Of a DNA stretch of 64,000 nucleotides, positions 1 through 14,422 are shown piece by piece. This DNA comes from Trypethelium eluteriae (lineage: Eukaryota). The translations under genes and the position numbers were made by a program. Each line of letters opens with the position of its first letter. The stretch's first letter is position 1. The stretch lies in assembly GCA_051942245.1 (NCBI GenBank), contig JAVECL010000011.1, positions 1-64,000 on the forward strand, in the 5' to 3' direction. Under the pieces are notes generated by a model. The model made no database searches and had not been told where the DNA came from. It was given only the letters and a program-made list of their open reading frames with translations.

Positions 1-328
1 GAAGGAGGCTGAGGAGGAGAATAGGGCGTTGGCGGCGCTGATTCGGTCGAAGCAGCAGTCGCGAGGGGACAGCTTTTTGGCGAATCTGGAGGCGAAGTAT
101 GCTCCGAAAGCGAAGGCGAAGAAGGCTGGGAAAGGAAAGAAGCGCGGGAGCGATGAGATGGATGAGGAGGATGGTGGGCTTGAGGAGCCGCCGGAGGAGG
201 CCTTCGAGGCAATGGGTAGGAGGAAAGGCGGGAAGAGGAAGAAAGGAGGTGACACGGGAGTCCAATACGACGAAGAGTTAGAGAGGAAGAAGATTCCCGG
301 GAGGAAGAACAAGAAGGCGAAGATATGA
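1..328 (+). CDS. 3' end of a DnaJ-domain protein (DNAJC9-like); 5' part lies outside the window
   Basis: Frame reads ALIRSKQQSRGDSFLANLEAKYA...EEPPEEAFEA with a Lys-rich tail, resembling the C-terminus of fungal DNAJC9-type co-chaperones; stop at 326-328. Confidence 0.6.
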   Translation, partial: KEAEEENRALAALIRSKQQSRGDSFLANLEAKYAPKAKAKKAGKGKKRGSDEMDEEDGGLEEPPEEAFEAMGRRKGGKRKKGGDTGVQYDEELERKKIPGRKNKKAKI

Positions 329-849
329 TCATGCATATCCAGATGCAAATGACAACACTGTTACTGTTGGCTAGTACTAAGGCGTTTGAGCCTCTGAGTC
401 TTTTGGGAATCGGGAACAGGAGTTTTGAGGTTCGTGCTGCTCTTGCTTTTGCACTTCACAAACACGGCATGTCATTGGCTCGGAGCACCTAGGCTTTCAA
501 GGGGGCATTTCTGCGGGACATTAGATGGGCGTGGCAGCATAAGATGCGCTGCTTCTAGCGGCTTATACGCAAAATAGGTATCCTACAATATATACAGACT
601 CGTTACAGTATATACGGGATCAGTTATGAGTGGTGATGCCCTCCAATGTCACATACTCGAGCCCCCGAACATATACGATTGTCGCAACCTCTTATGCGGC
701 TGCCTCATGTCGTTGATGAAACGTCATTCCTGTGCAAAACCCCTATGCGCCTGTGAACTCCGTGCGTGACCGTCCCATCTCTGTGAGCCATGACCCAAAC
801 TTTCTGCTTGCAATTCAAGTATATTCACATGATCCAGATATTGCGCCGG

Positions 850-3778
850 TTACCACCAGTTTTCCATGCCGGGCATCGTCCCATTCATGCCGGCAAAACC
901 TCCTTGGCCCGGCGCATAATTTGTTGTAATGCCTTGCCCTGGCTGATCAACATCCATACCGAACTGCCGGACCATGTCGTCAAAATTCGCCCAGGTCAAC
1001 TGCGCGTCCCCATCAATCCATGCGTCCTGACCCGTCGTAATGTCGAAAGGAATTCCCTCAGGCGACGACATTCCATTGCTTCGGCCTGCTACAGGGAAAT
1101 CTGAGGGCGCAGAGGAGACATCACTGGGTCGAATATTACTTGAGGGCGAGGTAAATGAGCCTGTGGTGTTGATGTTGTCGAGCGTATCCATATCGGCTTT
1201 GATATTGGATGTGAGAGTCGAAGGTGATGCAAGACCCAGAGGCGCATCAAATATTTCCGGCTGTTGTGAAGCAGCCACTTGAGAGGGAGCAAATGCGGAG
1301 CCTGATGTGGAGCGTTGCTGCGTCTGTCGTCTCCTTGTTCCATTGACAGCTGAGGATGGCTCTATATCAAACCTGGCTGGGTCGAAAGACATGCTTGTTT
1401 CATGCAGGTCTGTCTGCTCTCGAGAGATTCTTCTCTGCCGATCGTTCAACTCGTCAAGACAGCGCTGGCCTAGTGAATTGGTAGAGGCGGACACACTCGT
1501 TCGTTCACGATCCCAATTCGCCCCGTTACCTGGATCGCTGGTGAAAATTTGTGGATCCAAGCGAACGCTCTGATCAACTAGACTCGCCTGTATATTGGCG
1601 ACATTGTTGTCGTCAAATAATGTCGCCTTCGCTCTTTGCAATGCGATATGCTCCTGCTCCAATTCCCGCGTCCGGACAGATTTGGCCTTTGCCCATAGCT
1701 TCCGCAAAGGCTTCCAGAGGTGTCCACGTTTCTCATCACCCTGAACCAGAACCTGACCCTTCATCGTCCTTTCCACCGCGGCCCAGGCTCGGTCCACCAT
1801 TGGCCCCTTCGTTCTTACACATAGCTCCGTCAGGAGAAAAGCGAGAGCGTGCCATTGTACATAGGTCTTGATCAGCCACCCCCACTTCATTGTCTGAGCC
1901 TCAGTCTCAAGTAAAAGCATGTATTCAATGTTTTCCAGTGAGGTTAGGAATAGCTTGTCTTTAACATCTGGAGGAAGTGAACGGCCTCCATCCTTACGCT
2001 GGAAGGGGTGATAAATCATGAGCCACATTTTAGCCATGATGAGTCGGCAAGTTGTCGCGGTAACCCAATAAAGTGGGACACTCATATCGCAGTACTTTAG
2101 GTATCGCTCCTCGAGTCGTTGATGGCATTCTGTCACCCATCTCTTTTTGTCTTCAAATGTCGCCGAGCTGAACTTTTCGAAGCACATCTTAGGATTGGGT
2201 GGCACGTAATTGAGCCGGCGGAAGGTACTTGTGACTTCACATCTGATCAATGAGAAAGTCATCTCCGTGAAGCCTGCACGTAGTTCGGGAAATTCAGTCA
2301 TATCAGGAGATATCTCGTTATCGTTGACGTTCAGCGGCATCTCCGTATCGAATAGCTGATCAATGACCGAGGGATCGCAGCCGTGATCTTCGGATGCACG
2401 AGAATCTAGAATGCAAATCTGCCACCAAAGTCGTCGTCGAATCTCCGTTTCAAAGGGGGAGAGGTTGAAATGGGAACCATCGCGATGCAATCCCAACGTT
2501 TGCGCAATCCGTACGATTAGACCGGTCAATGTCCAGATTGTCCGCGCGTCGTCATTTCGACGTAAGCAAAGGAGAAACAGCACAAATCCTTGCAAGACAA
2601 CCATTTCTTCCGTAATGAGGAAATTGGCGCGAGCCAAAGCTTGTTGGACCCCGAACTGATACCGTCCCAGTAACACGCTTCTTTCTTCGCCAAAAGTCTC
2701 CATGCATTGTTCTGGGGACAAACTCGTGATCACACAATAATAGATAGCAAAGAAGAGAACTTCCAGACCCTTGGGAAGCTTGTCAAGCTTTTCGGCATGA
2801 GCCAGGAGCAAAGGCTCGGCTGTAGGCATGTGTAGTAGCTTGACGACTGGATCGACGTTCTCTTTGAAAAGTTGTATGTATACTTTTACAGTATGGAAGG
2901 GTGGATGAAGGGGAAACATGTTGATGTTGGAGGAGCTATAGCCAAACATAAATCCTTGGAGATCTGACTGAACCTGAGATTGAGATGTTGGAGACATGGA
3001 GTCTGCTTCGTCCTCAGTGTCTTCATTTAGAATGCCTTTAATGTCCTCGACCTGTTCACAACTGGCATTAGTGAGGGTTACATCAAATTATAAGAGCAAT
3101 AAACAGTCCACAATTAAGCTATCCTTGGCTTACCTCACCGCTCAAGCTCGCCCAAAAACTATTGTTCACGTATCGGCTTTTTCCCTCATGAATGACCAAC
3201 CTGCCGAAGCGGTTTTCAAACTCACGATTTACTGGGTCCTTGTCATTGTCAGGCAAATTAGAGTCGGCAGTTGCATCCGGGCTATCATCCGGCGGGGCTA
3301 CCGGACTCCAAGCCTTCTCCTCGTTCAAAGAATGTATGCTATCCCTATGGTTGAGGACAGGAACATCACTTTTGCTGCCTTGCCGACTGTTCCCATTGAC
3401 GCTGTGGTGCTCTTCAATCTCTGGTTCAAGACTCTTCATGATACCTTCGAGTCGTCTCAGGCGGTCCATTAAGTCTCCATCAGTACTCTTCTTAACCTTC
3501 CGCGGCGCTCGACCCGGAGCAGGATATATGCAGTCGATATGTGCGCGAACACAATTCGAACATGGATGCTTCTTGTCGCATTTGACTTTGCGACGCCGGC
3601 AAGTGACACATGAACGGGGATTCAGAGAACTACTTCCGGACCCACTAGAGCTGGTGGTGTTGGTCGCAGGAGTGCTGACTTGATGAGCTGGAAGAGCCGA
3701 GATGGGTAGCGAGGATGCAGTGGACTGTGGGGACGAGTTCTGTACGCCATGGAAGGCATCGGTAGGCGAAGCTGTCAT
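850..3778 (-). CDS. Zn(II)2Cys6 transcription factor with fungal-specific TF (Fungal_trans) domain
   Basis: SCVTCRRRKVKCDKKHPCSNCVRAHIDC zinc cluster; intron 3052-3133 (GTAAGC...CTAAT...CAG) joins it in frame to an exon with ENVDPVVKLLH, LGLHRDG, PFETEIRRRLWWQ; ATG at 3778. Confidence 0.92.
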
Positions 3779-4463
3779 TTTGGCTCGAGTCTGACAAAAA
3801 GAGAAGCTACCTTGGAGTCTCCATTTTTGATAGAATAATCCTGGCAAAGAAGAGATGCGGTGATGCGGTGACGAAGTGGAATGGCAGTGTTCGAGACGCG
3901 GGTTTGATGGTCAGATAAGATATGGAGCTCGAAATGCAGCATCTAGCCTCAAGAGAGTGAGTCAGCCAACAAGACCTGGGTCTACCCGGCTCCTGCCAGG
4001 GTCGCGCTTACTGGAACCCAACAAAACCAAAAGCATGGTGCATTTCGTCATACCACGCGGGGTACGGAGAAGACCACACGATAATATGGAAGGGTCCCAT
4101 CTCATCTGGCATGTTTCGCGCTTCTCTAGGCGGGCGCTGATGGCGAAATGAAAATGGCGTACCGCAACCTGCAGAAGTGAGGCCGCCATTAGGGTGAGAC
4201 GTGAAAGGCTACTGGTTACCAGCCAAAGCTAAGATCGGCCCCCACTACCTGGGACTGGATACTCTAGACCGTAAGGTAAAATGTCTTATCCCGTAGAGTG
4301 CTTAGACAGATGATCGTCGCCGGGAGGCTTGACAAAACCCAGTCACAAGTACACATATAGCCCGTCTCGGGTCCGACTCGGAATCCCCTCATTGGCTTTG
4401 AAATTCAAATGTTGTATTACTTGCTAAGGAGCCTGAACTCTAGGACCCCATGCTGGTCTCCTC

Positions 4464-5903
4464 TCAATTGCTCCCTCTGTTTGTACTCGTACAGTTGATA
4501 TTCGTCAATAGACTCTCATCCACATCCCCACATGTGAACTCATCCGTGACTCCAGTCGGCGTCGTCACGTCGACCCCATTGACCGTGATATTGCTGCACA
4601 CACTTTCGCTCGAGCAGACCACGTATCCGCTAATTGGGTCGTATTTCTTACTTGTAGTCCCAGTAACACCAGACATCAGAATATTGCTAATGGTGAGGTT
4701 TGAAGGGTACTCGTTGCAAAGAGTCAGGTTCGACTGTCCGTAGCACTGCGTCACTTCGATAGCATAATCGACATTGGTGATATGTATTGTGTCGTACGTG
4801 ACATTGTTGACCATGCCGGTACCGCCACCGCCTTGCAGGTCACCAGAGAGCTCAGCGGGAGAGCCAGGCCAAACTTTGATGCGCGCACCATCCGTGGCAT
4901 TGCTCATGGAGATATTGTAGACGTACACGTTCTCCACAATATCAGTCTCGCCAACGTACTGGCCGAGAGAGCCAACACTGATTCCGTGACTACCGTTGCA
5001 ATGCAGGTTTTGGACGAGCATGTCGGTGCTGTTTGGTTTGAACGAAACGCAGTCATCGCCGTTGTTGATAGTACTGTTCTGGATAATGACATTGCTACTC
5101 CGGTAGCTGAGATGTCGCGTCAGTGAACAGCGCATCCATTATCATCAGAGCCACTCACGTATCCCATCCGTCCGTATTCTTAGCCGTGTTATTGCTCTTG
5201 CTGAACCCACTGATGCTTATTCCCGAGAAAAGCACGTCCGTACTATTGGCGACAAAGTTGTAGTATTCCGGGCTGTATCTCAAGTTCAAGTTTGTAAAGG
5301 ACCCAGTATGGAGGCCGATCGTTCCGAGCAGCACTGGGCGCAAGATGTAGATGTTTTGAGCGTAAAGGTCGTACCACACCTGACCGTTACCATCGATAGT
5401 GCCGCCTCCATAAAAGTTCACGTCGTTGCCACCAAGCTGCCAGAACGTGGTGACGTTCTGAAAAATTTGGCGGAAGGAATTAGCTTGCCAGTAGTCGGTG
5501 TCGTTGGTGAATTGGAGATAACCCTGCAATTCTACATAAGGGTCAGCGTTTTATCACTTAGTCATTCGTTCAATGTAACGTGCATACCAATGTCAATTTG
5601 GTTCAAGAACGTCAAGTTGAGCGCCGTTCCAATAACATATTTCGACTGTGCGGGCAAAAGGACATGGCCACCGTTGTTGCATTGATGTAGCGCATCTAGA
5701 AAGTACTGCGAGTCATCCGTAACGCTGTCGTTGTGACTCTGCACCACGCATGTCTTGTTCCTTGCGGGGCTCTCTGGAAGAGGTCTGTTTGGCTGCTTCG
5801 GTGCGATCTCAAGGCTTGGCCTGCCAATGCTGTGCGGGACCTGAGGTTGCAGAATAGCCGCTTCTGAAATGGCAGCAAAAGTCAAAAGCCAGTTGAGGAA
5901 CAT
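4464..5903 (-). CDS. Secreted exopolygalacturonase, glycoside hydrolase family 28 (PgxB-like), 3 exons
   Basis: Signal peptide [18 protein letters not shown]28 motifs [25 protein letters not shown] across ORF pieces 5562-5903, 5155-5529, 4464-5135 separated by GT-AG introns. Confidence 0.92.
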
Positions 5904-8020
5904 CTTGCCTTGTCCTCACAGTGGGAATCGCGACTGAGGCTCTTGGTGCACCCCAGCCCCAGCAGGAAATCGATGCATATAAATTCCCCATGATTGCGGT
6001 GGATCCAAATTCTCCGCAAAGCGGCCCTGGGATAATCTTCAATATCCTAGTCGCTCTAGTCTCGTCCGAGGAGGTCGAAGAGATGAGATGATACTAAGCC
6101 GGATATAGCTAGCTGTACCTGGAGAACCCCAGACTTTCTCCCAAGGTGGGAATTGAGAATGCGGGATTGGTGGAAGAACCAAGCGTGTTAGGGCATTGCT
6201 TGTTCCGCGCTGATGGACTGAGAAAATTCCTGCGTTTATTCAACGCAGCGACATTGAATCGTATCGAATAGCTACCGAGCGAGGCCTACCCATCCTAGTC
6301 TTGTCGTCAATGAGCTCCTACCCATGTTCTGGTCACCTTCACATACGTACCAAACTTCTGGGCTGTAGATCTGGAATAGGTAGAAACTCTGCTATCTTGG
6401 CTTTTTTGGTGACACGGACTTCCTCGGGCACAAGGGAGAAATTGCCGGATGGAACGAGAGTGCCGTCGGCCTGCTCCATTGAGCGGCCTTGCTCGTGACA
6501 TTTCCTTTGTTGATGCGCTTTTGCTCATCCATGGTCGAAGTTGACATGGTTCATGCCGGCAACGGCACGACGGACCGGTTCCCTACATACAGAAATCAGG
6601 TGTTCCAAATCTCGCTTTCCTTATGCGGATAATAGCACAGTGGCAATCCGAATTCTGTTTTCTCAAATACTTACCGTACGTTATTTCAATCGAGGGCGGC
6701 GGCAGAACGGCCAGCTCAGCTATAGTCAATAATGGACACGCGCTTCGAATGGTAGTGATTTTCCCCCGAATCGTTTCGTCAGACTCAGGTACATAATCTA
6801 GTAGATAAATGTATAGGCTCGACCTCTAAAATTCCAACTTTGTCTCAATCCATTTTGTGTTTCGAATCGAAGCTGTTACCGCGCTTCGATATGGACCACC
6901 CTGATTTGTTTGAAGATATAATTCCAGAAACGAATTCCACGAAGTTAATATACAGACAGAAGCAAGCAGCAAAGGGCCAGCTCCTAAGAAGAAGACTGTG
7001 GCTTCGAAAATTTGGTCCGTTGTGAAAAAATACTCAGGTCTCAATGCTTTGTATCACCAACTGGCTACGATGGCGCCGTGAAGCTCGAGGAAGTAGGCCA
7101 ATCGTGCGAGTGTCTAAGTTCTTGTAGATACAGTTTAGCTCCGCGATTAGAGTAGGAAAGTTGCAGACATCCTGGCTCTTAGTTGCATCCAGTTCAGGCA
7201 CACTGCATCTCATATTTGAAAAAACCAGGGTATTCAACTAACTGGCGAAAGGCTTACCACGGTTCGGTATAGATGATGCTGTCCATGAATTGAGACAAGG
7301 ACCAAGGCAAGATTTCTAATAGTGAGACTTGCATAATACAACTGCAGTGGAGAGCCGTCTGCCTTGCGTTTCAGCATAGAGCCAGAAATACATCCGTCAA
7401 GTCTCAGGCTCGGATCTGAATAGCTTACCCAAATTTTTGTGATACCGTGGTGCGATTTGTCGTGCTGATTGTGTAGAGAACACCATTGGTGAGACATATC
7501 ATCATTAGTTGGTACATCGCATTGCTGCAGAACCAGCCAGAGCAAGCACCAGATTGGCCGATTCGGATGATGTGCGAAGATAATAGACTAGCTTTATGAT
7601 GACCTTATGAAACAGTGATAAAAATGGTTGTACACAGATCTCTTAAGCGTTCTCGCTCAAACTTGCTACCCTCCAATCAAAGATGCAGTCATTTTCCTAC
7701 AGCCCTCTTTTTGAGCGTGGGACTATATCCATTCGTGATGCAGTAGCGCCACAAAACACGAAACGCTATCACAACCTCCACTGAGGTCTTGAAGCCGGGC
7801 ACTGACTCGGTAACAGAGATTCAGCACAAAGAGATCCGAAGAGCATTCATCAACGCCAAGAGATGCGAACTTGAACCGCTCAGACATGTCTATTACATCG
7901 CCTCGTAAGTCGTTTGCTATTCTGTGGATTGAAAGAAGAGGGGGTAAAAAAAATAGAGTGACACGCACAAGGAAACAAGAAAGAGACAAAGATACTTTGT
8001 TAGTGCTGCAAGAGTGCCAA

Positions 8021-9642
8021 TTAGGCAGGAAACATGCTGTTGATAGTACCATACTGCATCTCGAGATCTCCTGCGGAATCTGCAGTCCCCTCAGTGCCCC
8101 AGAAAGGATCAGGCATTCGACCAACACCCATTGACGATGGCGTAATGGGCTCATCACCAGACTCAGCCGGACTGTCATAGAAAAATGGTTCATCCGGACT
8201 TGGAATGGGTTGTCCCGTAAAGCTCATTCCAGGGATGTGGCTAAAGTAACCCATTGTTATGGGGGAGAAATGCGAGCTATTTGTCTGCCTCGTAGGGTTT
8301 TGCTGAGGTGCGCTGGTGGGAATAGTAGGTGTGTATTGCTGTTGGCTGTAACTGACTGGCCCCATATGTGTAACGAAATATGGAGATGTCTGCCTCTCAG
8401 CCCTGTTTTCGGATCCCAGCAAAGGTACATCACCGACAGGAGGTGGCCCTGAGCTCGTCAGATGAGGTATCGTTGTTGGGCTTAGCTGTGAATTATCTCT
8501 TAGCCTCTGAGATCGGCGCTGAGCAGCTTTCTTCGAGGCTTGTCCGCCTTTGGCTCCTGCCTCCATACGCTTTTGGTCCGGATCCCTGGTCCTAGCACTG
8601 CGTTTGCTGGGGGCTTTGGTGCGATAGCGGGTTGTTGATTTGACACCTTCCTTGACTGCAAAGTCGGCCAACTTCCACGAACAGCCCTTTTTCTGCTCTT
8701 CCCCTTGGGGCTGGTTGACTTTAACAAATGCCTGTGCTAATGTCAGTAATCTCTTTACTCGTCAAAGTCTGAGGTTGCTAGACTTACAGCGTTCATGGAG
8801 AGATTATGTCGAATGCTATTCTTCCATGCCGATGCATCTGGCTCTTTGCATTTCTCTGTATTTTGAATGAACCACTCGTAAATGTCACGCAGGACCATCG
8901 TATGCCCGGGTGCGCTGATTAGGCAACGGTGAATCTTTTTGGCATAGGGCTCTTCTTTCATTTCGCTGTCAGGAGTCGGCTCTCGGCTGGCGACAAAATC
9001 CTCGTCTGGTTCAACGAGCATCGTGCTTTGCGTATCGAAATTATTGGAGCTGTACTGAGACTGTGGTGGCATCGTTGAGAATGGACCGCCTGAAAAACTT
9101 GCTACAGCTAATCCATCCGGCTGTGATGCACCTTCCTTCAGCACTTGGGCCGCTTTCGGACTTTGTGTAGCATTGAGTGACGATAGCTGAGGGGGTTGCG
9201 GTGAATCGAGCTCGTAACAGGAAGGAGGAAAGGCGTCCTCGGGGGTGTATAGGCCTTTTGTCGAAGCACGAGGGAAGTTGACATTGGGCAACGTTCTTGG
9301 ACGACTCATCGAATCTTTATCAGGTCCGTACTCCAAGAGATAATTCGAGCTGGATGGTGTCCCGCGACGCATTCTGCTGATCTCAAATTCATTTGGAAGG
9401 GTCTGGGTTGAGGCCATCTGATGATAGGAGTCGCTGTTTTGAAAGACTCCATGACCGTAAGCGTGCGGCGAACAGTTGACGCTTTCATGGCTGCTGGGCT
9501 GCAGGCTGTAGAGGTTCGATCCCTCCGGATTGTACAGTGCTGTCTCCGGATTGAAGACGTTCGTCAGCCATGGGTCGGGATTTGGCTCGATTTCAAATGG
9601 GTCCTTTTGCATGAACAACTGTTGCGACGGATTCCCATTCAT
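8021..9642 (-). CDS. Forkhead-domain transcription factor
   Basis: PYAKKIHRCLISAPGHTMVLRDIYEWF...WKNSIRHNLSMNA|AFVKV...WKLADFAVKEGVKSTTRYR; intron GTAAGT...CTGAC...CAG near 8730-8788; start codon uncertain. Confidence 0.85.
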
Positions 9643-10916
9643 CTCCAATATCAAAGATGGAGTGTGAGGTTTGCAGCAATACTTCTCTTGTACTCAATGA
9701 CAGAAATTATCAGTATTCCTGTTTAATGGAGGGGAGTAAACGAAAGGGGTAGGATACGGGCAATGCCAACAGTGAATGTTCCACGGAAACACACTTTGTG
9801 GAGATGTCAAGTGGGATGATCGAGAGAATTCCCGGAGCGGAGAGGCTTGTGAGACATATTTCTACTGAGCAGTGTCAATGCAGCCTAAGCAGGACCACAT
9901 CACTGCCCTCACATCTTGCCTTTCATATCGGTTGCCAGCGTGGCAGCAGACAGAGGGTTTCTGCGAAGGTCTTTGTGAAGACCAGCAAACACACTCACAA
10001 ATCTCTTGTTCTAAACGACACTTCAGTGTATGACAAAGGGCAGCCCCCGGTGCCGAACAAATGCGCCTAATCACTGAGCAGCCTACTTCTGAGGCTGAGC
10101 GTGCGTGCCCAACGGTCAAGGCGTGACGCATCAGCCGACAAAGTGGGGGGCGGAAGAGAGGCCATGCAGTGAATACGCCTAGAGTCCAACGGTTTCTAAG
10201 AATGATGTTTGAGAATGGCTAGCGGACGGGAGCTTGCAGTGCCGTACGCTGTCTGTCAGCATCTTGGAAAGGTACCTTTGGGGACTGTGCATTCCTTCTT
10301 CGTGTGTTCTAGAACTCCGGCCTAGCAGCGTCACAGATGCATCACGGATGTAAGTCGACGCGGGTCTCACTATATTGTTGAAGAGGAACAGTGCAGAGGG
10401 TGACATTTGACTGGGTTGTTCGGCGCTGAATAGGGACCCTGCAGTTACACAGCTCTGGTACTGACGTGACTGGCATACTACCTAGAAGCGGCGTCATTTG
10501 CAATTCCACGTGCAATGGAGCCAGCACCAATGGCTTGCTGCAAGTAACCGACACACGGCAGTAGGTTCGCGGAGTAGGTGGGAAGCTACCAACCACTCTG
10601 CCTCAGTAAGCCAAGATGGAAACGCCGTGGCATGAAGTATATCATCGACAGACTGCAGAGGCTGCATAAGGCCTCTGCATCAGCATGGTACAAACTGTTG
10701 CATGCCAAGCAGTTTCAAGCATGTCTTCCAAACTACGATAGGTTGGATCGACTCAGATACTACTAGGTACCTAGCTATGCCTGGATTGATTGGCACTGAT
10801 TGGCACTGGGATCAGTCTGGCCGGGTGCATCAGCAAGGGCCCAAGACCCAGAAACGGCTTCGGAGATTATCTGCTGCGTCGATCCTGAGCTCGATCTCGC
10901 TTCCGCATCTCCACGT

Positions 10917-12737
10917 TCATTTTCGGTAGTAAAGCTGAAATCCAAATTAACCCCTGAATAGCTAGGCTTACTGCAGCAGGGTGAACACCAACCTTCTTAA
11001 ACTGGAAATGAAGTTGAAGAACCCCCTAGTCACCTATTCGTCAGCGTGATACATCTAGTAAAATAACCCAGCGGCCCGTCTTTTCCGCAAGACACCACAG
11101 AGTTCGGTACTCGGAGTCCAGCAAAGAAGTTACACAGAGGGACTTACGTTTTCAAAAGCGCTTCTGAATCCATGATCCTTTCGGGCGCTGTAGTCCCACT
11201 GCCTATCCACAATGCGGAAAGCAATGTCTGCATATGGTGCACCCGCTACAAACCTTATAGTACAGTAGTCATCCGCTCCGCGTTCTGCCCGGTACTCGCC
11301 TTTCTTTCTCCCTGCCTCCCGCTCAATGCGGTATGTTGGTGCTTTACTCTTGTCTACCAGGTCCGGATAGAAAACATTGAACTTATAGCCTTGTACAACC
11401 TTTGGGGGAGGGTTTTCGTTATCATAATGGGTTTGGTTGTATTTATTCCATTCATAGCCCATCTGCACTCTGTTCAACGATTTTGGTTTTCTCGGTCGGT
11501 ATTTGCTCGCCCATTCAGGTTGAGATGAAGTGGAGACGTCCTCCTCAGTGCTAAACATCTCCTCGTTGTCGGCCAACCCCCGCTCCAGCTCTCGTTGATA
11601 GAGCATATCCGCGTGCTGGATCAGATCGGCAGATCCTGAGAGTGTTGCATTGTTGCCGTCCAGCCTCTTGGTCTTGTACGGTCGAAGTACAGTCATAGGA
11701 CCGTCCTGGCCGGATTCTCTCTTCGTCATCATAGCTCTGCGAGAAGGCGAAGTAGGGGATTCGGTATTAGAAGAATCTATTTTTGTCGGATGTCGCGGTC
11801 GCTTGGGTTGATATCCAGACTTTTCTAGCTTTCGCCTTTCATCTTGAAGGTTGTCCAGAAACTCCAATTCACCGACAGACTCCAGCATTCTGTCTTCAGA
11901 TCGTATTTTCAGTAGTGGCTCTGGATCAAGCGATTGATTTGAACTTGGCACCATGTCCGATGACCCATCCTGTACCTGCATTGCATTGGCTGGCCAAGGA
12001 ATAGTATTGCGCAGTTCCTCCTGAGTGGCAGTAGCCTCTCGGTATTGTTCTATGCCGAAGGTTTTGAGACGACCTTGCATGACTGACCTGTTCACCGCTT
12101 GGAAATGTGCTTTGGCTTTCCATAAAAGGAGACTCTGTAGGAGTTGCTTCCAGTAATCCATATCACCAGCATCATGGGCCTGAAGCCTCTTGCGTACCTG
12201 ATTCTCCAATGCCTGAAGCTCGTCGAAGGACTTGGGCCGTAGTATCTTGTCGATATCACTTGCGACAGGGTTTGAAGCTCGAGTGACGGAGGCAGCAGGC
12301 CCTGACAGCTCGCATCGGTCGTTGAGGATGAGTTTCATGGTATGCCAGTAGTCCCAATTACTTCGATCAGTTTCGAGAGTGAGGAAGGTCTCAATCTCCC
12401 CGTTAAGTTCACGGGCTTCAACATTACTCAGACCATCCAAAACGATTTCGGGGTCCATGACATCCAACTCGTCATCTGCAATATCCTCATCCAACGGATT
12501 TCGAGAGGGGTCAGCGAAGCGCAGATTGATTGCCAACCAATCAATAGCTCTTGCGCGGCCTTCTCGAACCCGGATTTCTGCCTTTCTCTTTGCCTGGCGT
12601 AGCACGAAGCGGTCTTCGTCGGCGACGTAGGCTTCTTCTGCAGCCTCCATGGCGGTGCGTTTGCGAGGGACAGTAGAAGCCGTCTGCATCGGTCGACGGT
12701 CGGGCATACCTGCAGATTGGGTACGATTTGTCTCCAT
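10917..12737 (-). CDS. Cactin (spliceosome-associated protein)
   Basis: EDRFVLRQAKRKAEIRVREGRA and KYRPRKP...NRVQMGYEWNKYNQTHYD..NPPPKVVQGYKFNVFYPDL; two small 3' exons give GVLQLHFQFKK|LYYRK* (stop 10917-10919). Confidence 0.92.
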
Positions 12738-12924
12738 GGCGGTGACCGTTCAAGGCGTGGTGTGGATGGTTGATGAAAGTTGAGAGCCTCAAAGCAATCA
12801 GAGCGGTGGTCGGCCGTTTGTTGCTCCCGTCCACCGCTGCACCGTTCTCCACGTCCAGCTCTAATACCTAGAGTACCTTCCTACTCTATCACTTAGGGCC
12901 GCGTCAGTTTGGCTTCACCGCACC

Positions 12925-14422
12925 ATGAGCATGGCGCAGTGGGCACGACTGAGCTGTTCCAACCAGGGACTGAGCCTGTTGTATAAATTTGAAGTGTCAG
13001 GGGCCGATTATGCCCTCCTTGTGACAGATCTCAGCCGCATTTTCCACGAGAAGTTGACTAAAAACGAGATCATAGAAAGAGCTCGTGACTCTGAGTGCAA
13101 GATTGACCCAAGCCAGGATGATGGTCAGTTTCGTATTCTTCTAGATAAGATTTGTGCTGCCCTTGAAGGTCAAGATGGCACCAGGGTGACTATGGCTCAA
13201 GACTACAACGGTGAATTCCGCCTCTCCCTTGCGGCACCTCTGCCTCCCCCACTGGAATCTCTTGTATGGGTCATTAAGCTATCTGAGCTTTTACCTGAAG
13301 AGTTACAGTCTCATTTACTCAACCCTCTTATCCTCGCTGCCTCTTCACGTAAGAGCCAGATCGATAACCTTATTGATCAGTTGCACGAAAAAGACCATGT
13401 CATTTCCAAGCTATTGGACAAGCTGGAGACCTCCGGAGCTGACCTCACAACAATCTTTCCTGGGGCCACAGGAGCTAAGTCTTTAAAAAAAGGTGTAACC
13501 CGTGAGAGTGTTGCGAAATACGTCAAAGGTTTTGCTCGTTTCGAGGAGCGGGAATGGGTGAAGCAGTCACGGCTTGCACTAACAAATCAAAACTTGTCCC
13601 AGGATGTGATTGGAAATCTTTCTCAAGCACAGCCTTTACCATCAGGCCAATCCACAGTGTTGCCTCTATCTTTACGACACTGGTTTCGAGATAATCCAGT
13701 ACAAGCTGCTTGTGATTACCCAGAAATGCATCCGGTTAAGAGAAATCAGCAAGACTCAGCCACGCCGGACCATGCAGTTCCTGCACATGATGAGCACCAA
13801 GATGAGTCAGAGGTAAGTCTTCATGTCGAGCAAGGCCGACACTTGAGCGCCACTAACCGGACCCCAGTATCAGGATGATCCCCTCTTCCAGAGACCAACG
13901 TCGTTGTCTCGAGAAGGCATCGATGAGCGACTTCGTGACACGCGAGCGACTAATGATGATGATGATGATGATGATTCAACTGAGGATGAGGAAGATGAGC
14001 CTCGTCTACCAACTGCAACTTCTGGGTCAGTAGCGACCCAGCATGGTGAAAAGGATACCACTTCATCATCGAACACCATTCTACCCATGAAAAAACTTGG
14101 TATGGTTGGAGGTCGCAACAAGGCAACCTCAGAGACCGCCGCTTTGCGATCTTCCCCAATCCCCAAGACTCCGCAGAAGAAAAGGGTTGGTCTCGGAGTA
14201 ATCGGCGGGAAGAGCAAGGTGGATAGCTCATCTGTCACTCCCAAATCAACGCTTGGAACCAATACTGTTGCCGAGAAGGTCGAGAATGAAGGTAAAAACA
14301 CCGTGGAAGACCATGACGTTGAAGTTGAGACCGATGAGCAGAAGGCGGCAAGGAGACGAGATGAATTGAAGCGTTCGCTTGAGTCAAAGTCTAAAGCGCC
14401 AAAGAAAAAGCGCAAATTCTGA
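12925..14422 (+). CDS. XLF/Cernunnos/Nej1-like non-homologous end-joining factor
   Basis: N-terminal XLF-like head (LLVTDL..IFHEKL...IDPSQDDGQFRILLDKI), coiled coil LIDQLHEKDHVISKLLDKLE, basic C-terminus KAPKKKRKF; intron 13813-13873 (GTAAGT...CTAAC...CAG). Confidence 0.82.
13955..13975 (+). repeat. (GAT)7 microsatellite encoding poly-Asp in the XLF-like gene
   Basis: Seven tandem GAT units read directly. Confidence 0.9.

Noticed and set aside
7590..7680. ATGATGA as a snoRNA C box
   Set aside because: No downstream CTGA or recognisable guide
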